Of a stretch of 64,000 bases of DNA, positions 27,309 through 40,342 are shown in pieces (position 1 is the stretch's first letter; each line of letters begins with the position of its first letter). A program made the translations under genes and the position numbers. Location: NCBI GenBank assembly GCA_965153455.1, contig OZ234494.1, positions 5,022,001 through 5,086,000 on the forward strand, read 5' to 3'. A model generated the notes under the pieces. The model searched no databases and was not told the origin of the DNA. It saw nothing but the letters and a program-made list of their open reading frames with translations. Source of the stretch: Sphagnum compactum. Taxonomy: Eukaryota.

Positions 27309-27640
27309 CAGTGTCCTTTTTCTTCCCTTCAGTTTAGTGATATAGCCAAATTGACAATCAACCACAATAAGACTTTAGCCAAATTTGGGCTATAGACCAC
27401 ATATGAAATTTAAATTTTTTTTAAAATTTTAAAGAGAGTCCTTTTATACTTTGGCTACTGCTGGAACCTGTTGTAGAAATCTGGAGATTTGATTTTAATT
27501 TTCTTTAAAAAAAATTGAAATCTATTCTAGTGATTTAATGTCATTTTTTTTCACAAAAAATTCCTTTGTATTTGTTGAAATCATATTTTGCAGTGCAGAA
27601 AAATGCAAGATTAGGCGTAAGCAAAAAAAAAGAACTTGTA
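27309..27640 (+). mobile_element. hAT-type MITE copy
   Basis: Starts CAGTG; contains TAGCCAAA, TTTAGCCAAATTTGG, TTGGCTAC, GGAACCTG...GAAATCTGG and GAAATCATATTTT family motifs. Confidence 0.7.
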
Positions 27641-28907
27641 CACAATCATGTATTCAAACTCTCTAAAACCATAAGTAAAAACCCCAAAATTTACCAAATT
27701 CCAAAATTCCAGATTGCTAGCTAGAGGCTTATGATACCTTCCAGAAGGTAGCCAAGAATATAGAAAAGGATTATGTTTTTAAATAATAATAATAATAAAT
27801 ATTATAATCTAGGATTCTCCTTCTACAAAAAAATAAATAATTAATTAATTAATTAATGCATCAAATCTTGAAGGTTTGATTGTAATTCTCATTGCACACA
27901 TTGATAGTTGTTGTGATGGGGTTCAATAAATCAAAGACAAATTTTGAGAAAAATAATGTGATCATACCCACTTTTGTGTTTTGCGTTGAAGATCTCAATA
28001 AGTATGTTAAAACGTAAATTGTCATTGTTTACAATATGAAACATGTGTGCAGAAGCCAAGTTGATTATATCCTTAATTCCATCTCTAGGGTATGGTTTAC
28101 AAGATGAATGATACGAACTTATTGCGTTTTAAAAAAAAATTCAAATATAGATGAACATCTAAATTCTTCTACATGTTAAAAGTTTGTGACCTTGATTTTC
28201 ATGAAATAAATATTTTTAATGATTGCTTAGGATCTATTTGAGTTGGTGTGAGTCCATCATGAATGGTGGGCTTGAATGTTGGAATTCAAAGTGTAGAAGG
28301 ATGTAGTTGAGGATGCCAAATGGATGTAGATGAGGGGTAAGTATGCATGCATCTTCACATGTGTTTCTAAGGGGTGATGTGAGACCAAAAATAGCTAAAC
28401 AAAGAAAGGGAACATGGGTAAAGATAGAACTAAGGGCAGCTTATCAAAAGTGTAGCATTGGTGATGTGGAGTTCACAATTTGAAAATGTGAGCTAAACAA
28501 CTTGGCAAAGTGAACTAAGCATTTTAGCATATTTCACCCTCCACTACCTAGCCTATATTGTAAGTGGTTACTATGTACAAGGTAAGTAGGGAAGACAGTT
28601 TGGTGGCTACCAAGTAGGTCATGGAATGAATCATAGGGTATCATGGAGTCTTCCTCTATACTAGGGGCTATGGGAAAACTATGTGTAGTCACTTGGGGTT
28701 CCAACTCTATTTCCATTGGGGTGAGCAACAAACAACACCAACAACTTCTTCCTTTCTGCTTTTGTTTTGTTGTTGTTCCAATCAAACTGGGTGTGTCCCC
28801 ACTGTGTGAGTTCAAGTAGTGAGTGCAGCAGTACAGTTTCAACAAATTAGGTCAACACAACTTCTTTTTCCTTTTGTTTGGCCTTTGCATTGGTACCAAG
28901 GCAAGAA

Positions 28908-29091
28908 GGATATTGTGATTAGTTAGATTCATTATAGAGTATATAGTAGCTTAAGGGGATTTTAATAGGCCCCTAGGTAATAATAATAATAATAGGTCTA
29001 ATTTTTTTATTTTATGAGGATTTTTGAAAGATGATAATTTTGGCTTGTGTTGTTGAAACTTGAGATTAGTTATTATAGAGTTATAATAATA
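28908..29091 (+). repeat. Left arm of a long-range inverted repeat (pairs with 32212-32377)
   Basis: The reverse complement aligns with 32212-32377 with small indels (e.g. GAAACTTGAGATTAGTTATTATAGAGTTATAATAAT / ATTATTATAACTCTATAATAACTAATCTCAAGTTTC). Confidence 0.9.
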
Positions 29092-29538
29092 ATAGTAGTA
29101 CTGTCATGTACAATATTCACTGCATATTTGTACTGCTATTGCACGAAAGATTCTATCTAGTCACAAAACACATGATGGGGGGATTTTGACAAGAAGAAGT
29201 TAGAACCCACCTTCTCTCCCTTTCTCTCTCTCTCTCTCTTTTGGGGGTGGGGGTGGGGCCATACAATGGGATTTGGTATAATGAATATGTGATGATGATT
29301 GGGTATCACTTCACTTCACTTCTTCCCATCTTGATTGGACTCTTGAGTGAGACAAAATGAGTCCCACATTGCACACAACCCTCAAAAACCCTTCCTTCCT
29401 TCCTTCCTTCCTTCCTTTGCTTTCCTTCCCCTATTTGAGTGCTAAATAATAAGTCCATAACCCCTCACTCAACCATGACAACTGGCCTACCAGCAAAAAG
29501 CTGAACAACAATGAGCATTGAGTAGGTCTATGAGTGAT

Positions 29539-29575
<37 letters not shown>

Positions 29576-31402
29576 TGTGTAAGTTAGGCCAAAAAAACAC
29601 AGATATTCTCTTTTGAGAAAGCTGGAATGATGAACATGAGAACAACCATGATCTCTCTCTGTCTCTCTTTCTCTCTCTTAGACCTTTTTTTCTGGTCTTC
29701 TGGTCTTCTGAAGAAAAGAATAGAAATGACCTCAAAAGAAACAAAAGCAATAAGATCACCAGGAATGGGCATCAAGGATCCAAAGACACCGCGACACAGC
29801 ACCCACCAGTGCACCATCCACTGGATGGATGCCCGTTATTACTCGGTTGTGGATGAACCTCAATTGAGTTAATAATTAGGTTTCACCTTGGCAACCAATT
29901 TTGTAGTAAGAAATAGGTCTCATATATAGGTAGGTAGGTAGGTAGGAAAATAGGTAACTACTAGGTAATTAATTAGTAGATGATTGTTTATACATAGGTA
30001 AGGGCTGTTTTTACTAACCTACTTACTAACAACCTGCTTGTGGGTTGTTAGTAAATAGGGTAGTTAAAAAAAAGAGCAACGGAGCTAACAACCATGGTTA
30101 ACTAGGGAACTGGAACCCAACAGAAAACTGTTTCATGACCACTTATCATCCATCCTTCACATAGGACAGAGTAAGAATGTTGGGGGGGGATTTGTACCTA
30201 ACATGAACCTCATTCAAGTTTGTTGGGTATCATTGAAAAGAATGTTTGGAGAAAGCAGGTGGAGTTCAATTATCAAAAAGTTCCTTCCTTGTGTTTGTTT
30301 GCATGCCAAAAGTCTCTAGCTTTTCTTTGTTTCTTAAGTTCGAGGTAATTCTAGTAACTGTACATGTAGGAGCAGTGAAAATATATGTAACAGCAGTAGA
30401 GGCGCTCACGAAAACTCGATTAGAATCCTAGAGTGGTTGTGATTGAGGGTCGGGGATTGCCTTACGAGTGAACATCATGAGCTAAAATGTGAGCTTATAA
30501 AAAAATACTAAATAAAGCATATTAAATTTTGATATCGTACGTAGCCTAGGGTCAATCTCCACATTGACAAAAACCAATAATTATTTTTCTTCTTTCAAAA
30601 ACTTAGTTCGTTTTTTTAAAATTGAAATTTATTATATTTTCCATGAACTACTATGATATATTGTCATATGAGTAATGAAATCATTTAGAGTGTAACATAT
30701 CGTAATTATGATGATTTTCAACGTGTCAATTTCATATTTTCACAATTTCATTATATTTACTACGGTTATTCCAAATTACGATAATTTTCTTAACATTTCC
30801 AATAAGTCTTATGTTTCATGTTTTTAATGCCTACATTTGTCATAGCTTTTGGCAAAGTTCTTTTTGCTGTTTTAATTATTTACTATTCAAATTGCATTAG
30901 TTTTAAAAAATAATACAAATAAAAAAATGCATTACATCTTGATCGGAGTTTTTTTTCTTAGGATGGCAAATTTTTGCACCGTGGTACAAAAAGAAGAGGG
31001 AATTATTTGAATGTAAAATTTTTTTTAAATGCAATTTTTTTGGAAAAAATCGCAAAATTTTCAAAACCGCAAAACTGGAAAAACAAAAAAACTCTGATGG
31101 GTTTGAGGATGTACAAAAAAATGCACAATGCCCATGTTATTTACATTAAAAAATATTAACTTATATTTTTTTAAAAAATTGATCCAAATGATATCTTTCC
31201 ATAGGTTTTCCACATTGACCCATCAAATTTAATAATTGATGAAATGCAATGAAAGGCATGTAAAATTTCCAGAAAATCCCCAATAATGATCTCATAAGAA
31301 CAAAAAGATGGGAGTTTCCATTTTCTCAGGTTAAAATTCCCCGATGACATCTAACCCTTCAAAAGTTAGAATGATGAGATTAATGTGTGTTATGTGTGTG
31401 TG

Positions 31403-31700
31403 TAGTTTTTCCCCAATTTTTTGGTGTAGCCAAACTGGTGATCATCAACAAGAAGATTAACCCAAATTGGCTATAGACCAAATACGAAAAAAGAGTATAA
31501 AAAAAAGAGAGTAAGAATTCTTTTATATTTTGGCTACCTGCTGGAAATAAATGATTATAGAAATCTGGCAAATAATAGTAATAATAATTTCTTGAAATTT
31601 GGAAAACTCAGGCCATTTATTCACAAAAACATTTCTCCATATCTGTCAAAAATCATGTTTTTCAGTTCAAAAAATTGCACAAATTTGATGAGATCTTCAG
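31403..31700 (+). mobile_element. hAT-type MITE copy (degenerate)
   Basis: GTAGCCAAACTGGTGATCATC...TTTTGGCTACCTGCTGGAA...GAAATCTGGC family motifs. Confidence 0.65.
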
Positions 31701-32211
31701 CAAAATCATTGAGGGTCAGAAAATGAATGATCTCCAAAGTCATGCAAAGCAAACAAAACAAAACAAAATTCGGAGCAATTCATGGGTGAAAGAAATTCAT
31801 GGGTTATTTATTGATTGGGAAATGATTTGCAATATCATGAAGAAGAAGAGATGTGTCTCCAAAGTTTTGACACTCTCAAGAGAAAGAGAGATTAAAAGTA
31901 TTTTTTTAACCTCTCAATTTTGTTCTAAATTTTGAATGACAAAAGAGAGTCAAATGTATTTGTGCCCCAATAAAAAATTAAAAATAAAAAGAGAGAGTAA
32001 AAAGTCAAGCAAAAGTAGGAATCCATATGGGATAAACAAGTGGTGCTATTAGGAACTTAACAAGGGGTGTGTCACACTCTAGCCTTGCCATTTACATTTA
32101 CTAGTGTCTTAAGGCAAAAGAAGAATTAGGGAAACTCAAATATTTCACCATGCAAAAATTATATAATCTTCACAAAAAAAATCCTCTAAAACAAACCAAA
32201 ATCCTTCAAGA

Positions 32212-32377
32212 TATTATTATAACTCTATAATAACTAATCTCAAGTTTCAACACAAGCCAAAATATCATCTTTCAAAAATCCTCATATAAAAATAGACCTA
32301 TTATTATTATTATTACCTAGGGGCCAAAATCCCTTAAGCTAGCTACTATACTCTTAATGAATCTAAACACAATATCC
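32212..32377 (-). repeat. Right arm of a long-range inverted repeat (pairs with 28908-29091)
   Basis: See left arm. Confidence 0.9.
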
Positions 32378-32998
32378 CACATAGAGAACACTATAATTAG
32401 GGAGGAAACTAAACCCTTCACCTCAAAAATAAACAAATAAATTAATTAATAAATAAAATTTCTTTGAGTTTCCTCTCACCCTAAAAAGAAAAAAGCATAA
32501 AAAAAAAGAGAAAAGGGCCAGTTGAAAGTTCAACTCATATTTGACTCAAGTCATTGGCTGCTTAGAAAAAAGCTTCCAGACAAAATATGTATTCAGCACC
32601 CCCTTTTTGCCTAGGCTAATTGGTGTTATTAATAAATAATTAATAAATTATTTTTATTGTTATTATTATTAATTATAATTAATAAATAAAATAAAATTTC
32701 TTTGAGTTGCCTAGGCTAATTGGGTGATTATACAGCAAAATTTAGTATAATTAAATAGAAGTGCTATTAATGCTATTGCTAGTTCATCTAATTAAGTCAA
32801 ATTAAGTATGCCAAAAAAAGAAAAAAAGGATGGCTATGATATGCCAATTGTGGCTAAAGAGTGGTCATACATTCCATATGAAACAATGGTATGAGACTTG
32901 AAGAGGTTTATATAGGGGGATATATAAACCCTTTAGGGTGGGTTTTTGGGCTTTGCTCCAGTAGGTATTACTAGCCTCTAGGTTGTAGGGTTATTAAG

Positions 32999-33293
32999 CA
33001 GGGATTTTTTTTAGGGGTTTTTGTGCTGTAGCCAAGTGGTGATATCATCCAGGAAATCATTTAGCCAAATCTGGCTACATACTAGATATGAGATATGAAA
33101 GTGGAGAAAAAACAAAATGTTTTTTATATTCTTTGGCTACCTATTGGAACTTATTGTAAAAATTTGGTTTTTTTTTTGGGGGAAATCTGGCGAATTTATT
33201 TAAGGGTTTTTTTTTTCCATGAAGAATCCTTTGTATAGGTTGAAATCATATTTTATTTTATTTGGTGAAATTTTGACAGTTTAAAAAGCACTG
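32999..33293 (+). mobile_element. hAT-type MITE, CAGGG...CACTG, 8-bp TSD TTATTAAG/ATACTAAG
   Basis: Short TIRs, family core motifs and a 6/8-matching flanking duplication. Confidence 0.8.
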
Positions 33294-33313
33294 ATACTAA
33301 GCTGGGTGTGTCG

Positions 33314-33606
33314 CAATGTTTTTTTTAGGGATTTTAGTTTGTAGCCAATTTAGTGGCAATCATCTTTAGGAAGATTTAGCCAAATATGGCTATTAACCAA
33401 ATATAGAGTGCAAATCTTTAATCATCCTTCTTTCTTTTGGCTACACACTTTAAGCCAAACATTGAAAATCTGGAAAATCTTTTGGTATTTCCCCCCTCCC
33501 TCCTCACTTCTAGCAATTAAAAACCCCCCAAAATCACTTCATTTTCAATTTTTAAAGTTTCATTTGGCTTTTTGGCTAAATTTCACCAATAGAAAAAAAA
33601 AGGCTG
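33314..33606 (+). mobile_element. hAT-type MITE, CAATG...GGCTG, 8-bp TSD GTGTGTCG/GTGTGTGG
   Basis: Family core motifs and a 7/8-matching flanking duplication. Confidence 0.8.
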
Positions 33607-36600
33607 GTGTGTGGGTTTGTGGCCACTTGTCAAGGGAGTGTGTAATATCCAGCTCTTAATAAATAAAAATTAGTCGGCTTTTATCTTTGAAAATGAGAGT
33701 GTTTTTTAGGGTTTTTTTGGGGTTAAGATGCCCATTATTGTTTATCAAGTTTTTTGATGTTGCTTGATGGGTTTTTTGTGCTACCCTAGTCCTTTGTCAT
33801 TTTCTCCATGATGTTCAACATCTTTTCAATGTTTTTAATGTTGCTTAATGTCTTTTCAATGTTTTGTTATCATCTTCATCATCTCCTAGATTTTCCAAAT
33901 GTCTTTCAGAGTCTTCTTGATTTTTAATGTCCCATTAGCATTTTCCTAACATTGTTTAACATATTTGACATTTTTTTAATGTCTTTTATCATCATCCAAA
34001 AAACAAATCTCAAAGTTTTCAACATTTTCTTGACATCACCCAATCATCAAAAATTTAGTATGCGATAAATTGATAATGAAAATCATGTGAAGTTCATTCA
34101 TTCATAAGTTTGTACATTTGACATATGAATATCATGTATTAAAAACACGTTTGACACACAAATAAATGTGTTGATAAATGAAATACAAACCTAGAAATGA
34201 ACAAATGTTGTACAAATTTCACATTTTTTAAAGAAATTCATGTGTCAAATGTGTTTTCAATGCACAATACCAATACCAATGTGTGAAACATACAAATTAT
34301 GAAGGAATGAATTTTGCACAATTTCCATTATTAAATCATGAGATATTAAGTCTTTGATGATACCAATCATCTTTTTAATGCTACTCGATGTTCCTTGTTT
34401 CCTTGTTGACATTATTTGACACCCCTTATTATTTTTTCAACACTCATTTGACATCTCTCAACATCCCCCCATATCAAATGGTTTTTGCATTACCAACGTA
34501 AATAAAACTAATGTTCATAGTCAAGAAAAACAAATATCTTTGTATGTTAGCGGCGATGATTAAAAACTATCATATAACCATTAGCTCACCATATCCTACC
34601 TTCTTAAGTTGGCAAAAAAACTACCTTGTTGATTGTCAAATGACTATCAAACTTCTTATCAAGTTTGAGTTATAATAAGTTTTGTGAGTAAACATTCCCC
34701 AATGCATCCATCAAATCTTGGGTGGGGAATTGCCCTTATAACTCTATAAAATGTTGAATTGTAGTTTTTTAACATTTTTGTTTCACAAATGTTGTTCATA
34801 TTTCAAAATAAAACTTTTTTGTAACAAGAATAAAAGTTATCTTGTTTTAAAATGTGTTTCATATTGGTTGCCCATAGGATACACATTATTGGTTGCATGG
34901 TGTAGATTATAAACAAACGATACAAAAAATAGATGACAAGTTAGATGGTATAAAAATTTAACAAAAAGGTGTCACAATAACAAATAGATAGTGGAAATAG
35001 GAAAAAGATGCAAAGCAAATAATGACATTGCACATAAGAAGATATAAAATAAATGAACATGAGTACATAGGTTTAGGAAAACTTCGAACTTGAAATTTTT
35101 GTTTGCTATAGGTTCATTGCTCTGAATAGTGAGGCACACAGTTAAGGCTAGAAAATTTTTTAGGCCAGTTTTTGAAGAATTGTAATTTTGTACTAAAAAT
35201 CAAAATTTAGCCATTTTAAGATACAAACTGATTTTAGGTTACAACCGATTTTAAGTTACTACCGATTTTGAAAAGTTGTTTATTAATAGGATTGGAAAAT
35301 CAACCATTGCCTTTAACTTCTGTTCCATATTCTAGATGTAGGATAAGGTTGGATAATTTGGAGTTTAGGAGGATTCCTAAGGATTTTTCATTTTTTTAAG
35401 ACCCCACCGTTTTTTTATAAGCTTGAAGTTTTCCTTTAAAGAAGCTTGAAAGGTTTTTTTTTAATCTTTGTTTTGGACACTACTGTAATGTATTTTTTGC
35501 ATTTTGAAGCTTTTTGAATAAAGTGAGTTTATTTTATGCTCAAGTTTTTGCTTGCAAAGTGTGTTGAAATTGTCTTTTCTACTTATTGTTTTGATTGTCA
35601 ACTTTGGAGATGCTGCAAAATTGTTTATTGTTATCTACTTGTTTTCCTTAAAAGAAAGTGGTAGGCTATTTGCGTAACTATTTTCCACTTGTTTTAAAGT
35701 GACTATTTGTCACTGAACATTAGCAGATTTGAGGTGTTCAAATTTGTACGGATTTTCAATCAAATACCCAAAAACACCTAGGCATTCATTGGGTGGGCCT
35801 AAGACACACCTTTAAAATTTCAACCCCAATATAAACTTTGATTCCTAATTTTCAAAGCCTTTGAAATTGCAAGTTGTAACACTTTCAAATCCACTTGTTT
35901 TTGTGGAATATAAACATGCATTATTTCCTCATGATTAATAAAAATAAAACTCTAAATTTCACATCAATGAAGTTTATCTTACTTTTTGTTTAGGCTGGTG
36001 TTTGAATATACAAAATCAAAAACATTTTTATCTTCCATCACAATAATTTGATCTTGTTTATTACAAATTATATTTATTTGGTTGGTTATTACCATTTAAA
36101 AATAATCAATTGATTATTACAATTCGATCCATTTGGCCAAATCCACCCACATTATAAAGAGAAATGAGCATGCTAGAACTAAATACAATATTGTACAACA
36201 AATAACTTTCCAAAAGTAGAAATGACAATGTGACACAATGTGCAATGCATTCTTATTTAAAGAAATGAGTGTTAGTTGCTACAAAATGTATGGTGCCATG
36301 TAAACATGAATGAAACGAAGGTACAAATCCTAAGTGTTAAGATGTGAAAATGATCGCCAACCAACTCATTAGCTAATGCCAAGTTACAATAAATTATGTA
36401 AAGAAAAATTGTGGATTACAAGTTGCAAAACTAGGTGGTCAATGCACAACCTTGGGTGTAGACAAGACACACATGAATTAACAAAATGAGGTTTATGGAG
36501 GGTGTTAAAATTACAAAATGAACTTGGAAGAATATTACACACATGATGCACAAATGAATTGGTGAAATATGTTTTAGGGAAATGTTCAAGGTTACAAAAT

Positions 36601-39600
36601 CAATGTGAGTGATGATTTTAATTCAACGATGGAAGGTGCCACTATAAAGGGTACGTCATTAGCAATATGAGGTTTTTTCATTGGTAGCAAGGAACCAAAA
36701 TATGTCCTTTTGTTATATTCACGAGGCAATTTATTGAAAGGTTTGGATTGATTTTAATGCAATTGGGATTATCACACATCAAGTGATTTTTTTGGTATTT
36801 TATTATTTCATTAGCCACTTGCAATTTTTGCAATTAAAACCTCCAAATTTGGGTTATTTATTGGTTTTTTCCAAGGTGAAGAGGTATATAAAAAATTAAT
36901 ATTTATCCGAAATGGGTCCAATCCATGCTAATAGGAGTTGTTGGTGCCTCCTAACAATAACAATGTAAAAACATTGTGTTTAGATAGTGCCTAAATAAGT
37001 TTTTGCATTGTTTTATTGTGTTTTTTAATCATGAAAGGCATTTATACAAGCTTTTAAATGTGTTAAAATATTTCTTTTAACTAGATTACTTTCAAAATTA
37101 TTTTGATGCTAGATTGATATATTAAAAAGGTGATAATATGAATATAACACTAAAAATTAACATTATTTTATTTTTGAATCTTATAAAAATCTTTTTAAAA
37201 AATTTACTACTCTCAAGGTGCCCATGTATGTTTTTTGAACATGTTATTTAACAAAACATTAAAAAAAAATTGAACTAATTAGTGCATGATAATAATATTT
37301 CTCTGTTACTTTATTAAAATAATTTACAAAAGCCAAAATGTGAAAAACTATTCCACTTCTTAAACTAATAAATATGCATGTTGTCCCCAATGTGAAAATA
37401 ATGTTTACAAGTTGTTAATTAAATTTGAATGAGACTTTGCAACCTTCTTAACTTGGATATGTCTTTGGATATTAAGTAGGTTCCCATAAAGTTTTTGAAA
37501 CATTTCCCAATATATTTGTAATATAATGATCGTGTTGCCAATTATTTGTTGAACATAAGGTTGTTTTAATGTATCAATGTTTTTTCATGCTTGATTTAAT
37601 GAAACTTAAGTGGTGAGCAAGATGTAGAAAATGTGATTTGATATTCTAGGTTAAGAATATACAACCAAATTTGGTTATAAACCAATATACGGAACACAAA
37701 TCTTTAACATCTTTTTGTTTTTCTAACTACCTCCTACAGGCAAATATTATAATGTATCAACATTTTCCTTTAAAACAAAAGAAAACTTTTGACAATTGAA
37801 ACCCCCAACAACAAGTTCATTTTTGATTTTTCATTTCTAAGTTATAAAAAGGTCGCATCACATAATCATGAAGAAAATATACCTTTGATTTAAAAAAAAA
37901 AATCATAGGCACAAATTGAAAAAGAACACCATTGTTAAAAATATTAAACAATGAACTTTACATTATAGGTAAATAAAATTACCATTTAAAAATACCAAAT
38001 TGGGTTAAGTGATATCACCATTTGATTTGGAGATTATACCTTTAGCACAAAAATGAAATGAGTGCCCAATTATGACACGTTTTAAAAACTTGTTCATCCC
38101 CATTGCCCAACACGAGGGTACATGTAGTTGAAACCTTTTGAACATTAGGTGTCCTTGTAATTTAGTTCCTTGTGACGAAGTTCAACTATTGAGAGCTTAG
38201 GATCCTTTTCATCACCACGTGTTTCACCAAGGGAAAACCTTAGGACCCTTTTGATCCCTTAATATGAGTGAATGAGAGATTTAATATGGTTTGAATCAAA
38301 TTAGATTTGGGATCCACATGACTTATTATGATTTAAATTGACAAAGGAATCACCATTCAATTTGACACAAATTTGCCACTCCAAATCATGCTTTGAGATT
38401 GAAAAGTTTAAAGAATAGTCCATGAAGCATGTTAAGTCATCTTCCTGTTTCTAAAACAATGTTACTTGTGAGGAGCCAGAAAACTCACCCAAGGTTTCCA
38501 TAATTAGTTGTCACAAAAATGAAAACTACATCAATTTCACTTGATGAGTAAGTAAAGGGTGTCATATATAATTTTTAATGAAAAAAACTCATCCATTTAA
38601 ATAAAAAAATGCTACTTAATATTTCATTCATATAAAAGAGCATAGGACAAATAATCATATTCCCTCTTTCAAAATGAAAAAAAATATGATTATATTTGTA
38701 AGTTGGCAAAAGTAAAAAACCAATTAGGTGATTATTTCCTCCTTATTGGTAGGTACATAGGGTGGTGGGACCTCAAACTCATTGAGTGGAAAGAAAGATT
38801 TGTGTATTGGACTCAACTTCATTTTTGTAATTTTGTTGAATTATTGACTTTCAAAAAATTTACAAATTGAAGCATATGACATAAATTTAGGTGAAATTAT
38901 GTTTACCATGGTCTAGTTCACAAATTGATTTTTAACCTACCATATTCACATCATGGTTGGAAGTGCATAGCAAGCAAACTTTGTTGATCATTGGGTCATT
39001 TCACTTCCATCAAATAGTTTTTGGATTTGTAGAATATGAATCTTTCAACCGATGATGATAATCCAACTTCATTCTTATCAAAATCATTGTCATCCCATCT
39101 TCTCATGATACACGAAGGTCTCATCATGGTAGTTCTCTTAATTTTCAACAACAATGCAATCCAATTAGTGAATGACCTTGAAATATTGAAATCCCATGAT
39201 TTTGCCTTTCCTAATTAAGTTCTTGTGAATGTTCAAAGTTGATGCAAGTGGATGAATTAACTTCTTCTTCACTTTAACATTAAGCACATGGGCTACTTAT
39301 AACACTTGTAGTTTCATCAATAGTTCACCCAGTGTTAGCCAATAGCATGTCACAAGTCATTGTTGATTCAACCCAATAAGTTTTTTATTTTGCAAAATTG
39401 TGTTTTCTTAATGTGTAAGGGAAAAAAAAGGGTCTAAAATATCATTAGCCATTAATAAGCCACATAGACAATGAGAAACTTAACTTTGGCAATTCTTGGT
39501 TTTCAAGTCAAGGTGTCAAATAAGTGACTTGACCACCTAACACACAACTCAAATTCCTTGCTTACAAAACACACACACACACACACACATACACAAAGAA

Positions 39601-39764
39601 TCCCCCTACAAGTCACATTCTTTGTCATTTCATCCACATCCGCATGTGACATTCCTCTTCTTTTCATCCACCACCAACCCCCCCCCCCCCCCCCTCCCCC
39701 AATCCTGGCTTTCAACTTCCTATTTAGCCAGTATGTAGCCCAGGTATCACAGCTGCCCAAATTT

Positions 39765-40342
39765 CAATGTTTCTTTTGTCAATTTTGTGATGTAGCCAAA
39801 GTGGCAGATTTAGTGAAATTTTGGCTACAAGCTAAATATGAAAGTAAATTAAAAAAAACATCATTCTATAATTTTTGGCTACCTACTTGAACCATGTATA
39901 GAAATCTGGTGATGTTTCTAAAAATTTGTTCCAGTTCTGGCTACTGAAAAGCTCAAAAAGCACTTGATTATAGCACTTTAAAAGTTTTAATATAGATTTT
40001 TGGCTATATATATATATAGCCAGCAAAAAAGGTTGTGCAGCAGCCCAATCAGATGGTATGTTTCTTTTGTCAATTTTCTGATATAGCCAAAATGGCGATG
40101 ATCCAGAGGAAAGAATTTGGCTACAAGCTAATAAATATGAAAGTAAAAATTTCAAAACATCCTTCTATATTTTTGGCTACCTACTTGAAGTTTGAAGCCA
40201 TGTACAGAAATCTGGTGATTTTTCTTTACAAATTTGTCCAATTCTGGCTATTGAAAATCTGAAAAAGCACTTGATTAGAGCTCTTTTAAGTTTGAAATAT
40301 TTCTTTTTGGCTATATAGAGCCAGCAAAAAACAAGAAGGTTG
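39765..40342 (+). mobile_element. Two tandem MITE copies (39765-40035 and ~40056-40342)
   Basis: Both start ATGTTTCTTTTGTCAATTTT and end CCAGCAAAAAA..GGTTG, and both are followed by TGCAGCAGC..CCAAT. Confidence 0.8.

Noticed and set aside
29627-29711. C/D-box snoRNA (ATGATGA...CTGA)
   Set aside because: The interior is a CT microsatellite, with no terminal stem or rRNA-complementary guide recognised.
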